From the NCBI RefSeq assembly GCF_036588685.1, contig NC_086375.1:47492001-47556000 (forward strand): a DNA stretch of 64,000 nt. The letters are read 5' to 3'. The first letter of the stretch is position 1; each line of letters begins with the position of its first letter. Made by a program: the position numbers and the translations under genes. Source of the DNA: Mytilus trossulus (lineage: Eukaryota). The notes beneath the pieces were generated by a model. The model was not told the DNA's origin. It made no database searches and saw only the letters and a program-made list of their open reading frames with translations. This document shows positions 63,889-64,000 of this stretch, piece by piece.

Positions 63889-64000
63889 AAATTCTTTATT
63901 TAACGAAGGTAACACATTTAACAATTACATGTTAATCTTCCATGAGGCCTTCAAAAACTATTAATACAAATAAAAAAAGGGGGAGACATACAAAGTAAAT

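Overview
AT-rich eukaryotic genomic DNA with spliceosomal GT-AG introns. The interspersed repeats resemble those of bivalve molluscs, probably Mytilus (inference). Two systems dominate the window. (1) A cluster of eight atypical Rho/Rac/Cdc42-like small GTPase genes, none with a CAAX box. One two-exon gene keeps the G3 box (59798-61320). One is a two-exon pseudogene (2174-2939). Six are intact, near-identical, intronless 182-aa copies that have lost the whole DxxGQ (G3) motif and carry natural F37A and Y40T/S effector-loop substitutions. Four of the six sit in ~2.9-3.0 kb tandem units, and four TATA-less orphan copies of the gene promoter lie among them. (2) A 27,836-bp CMC/CACTA(EnSpm)-like DNA transposon (9010-36845) inserted between two tail-to-tail GTPase genes. 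It has perfect 24-bp TIRs starting CACAG, a TA target-site duplication and subterminal near-palindromic repeats. It carries two divergent, intact, intron-rich genes that the ORF track shows only as fragments: a 13-exon, 840-aa DDE transposase and a 7-8-exon, ~257-aa accessory protein. Its introns are full of nested SINEs, MITEs and long hairpins. Gene models were assembled by hand from splice sites and reading phase; no database searches were run.
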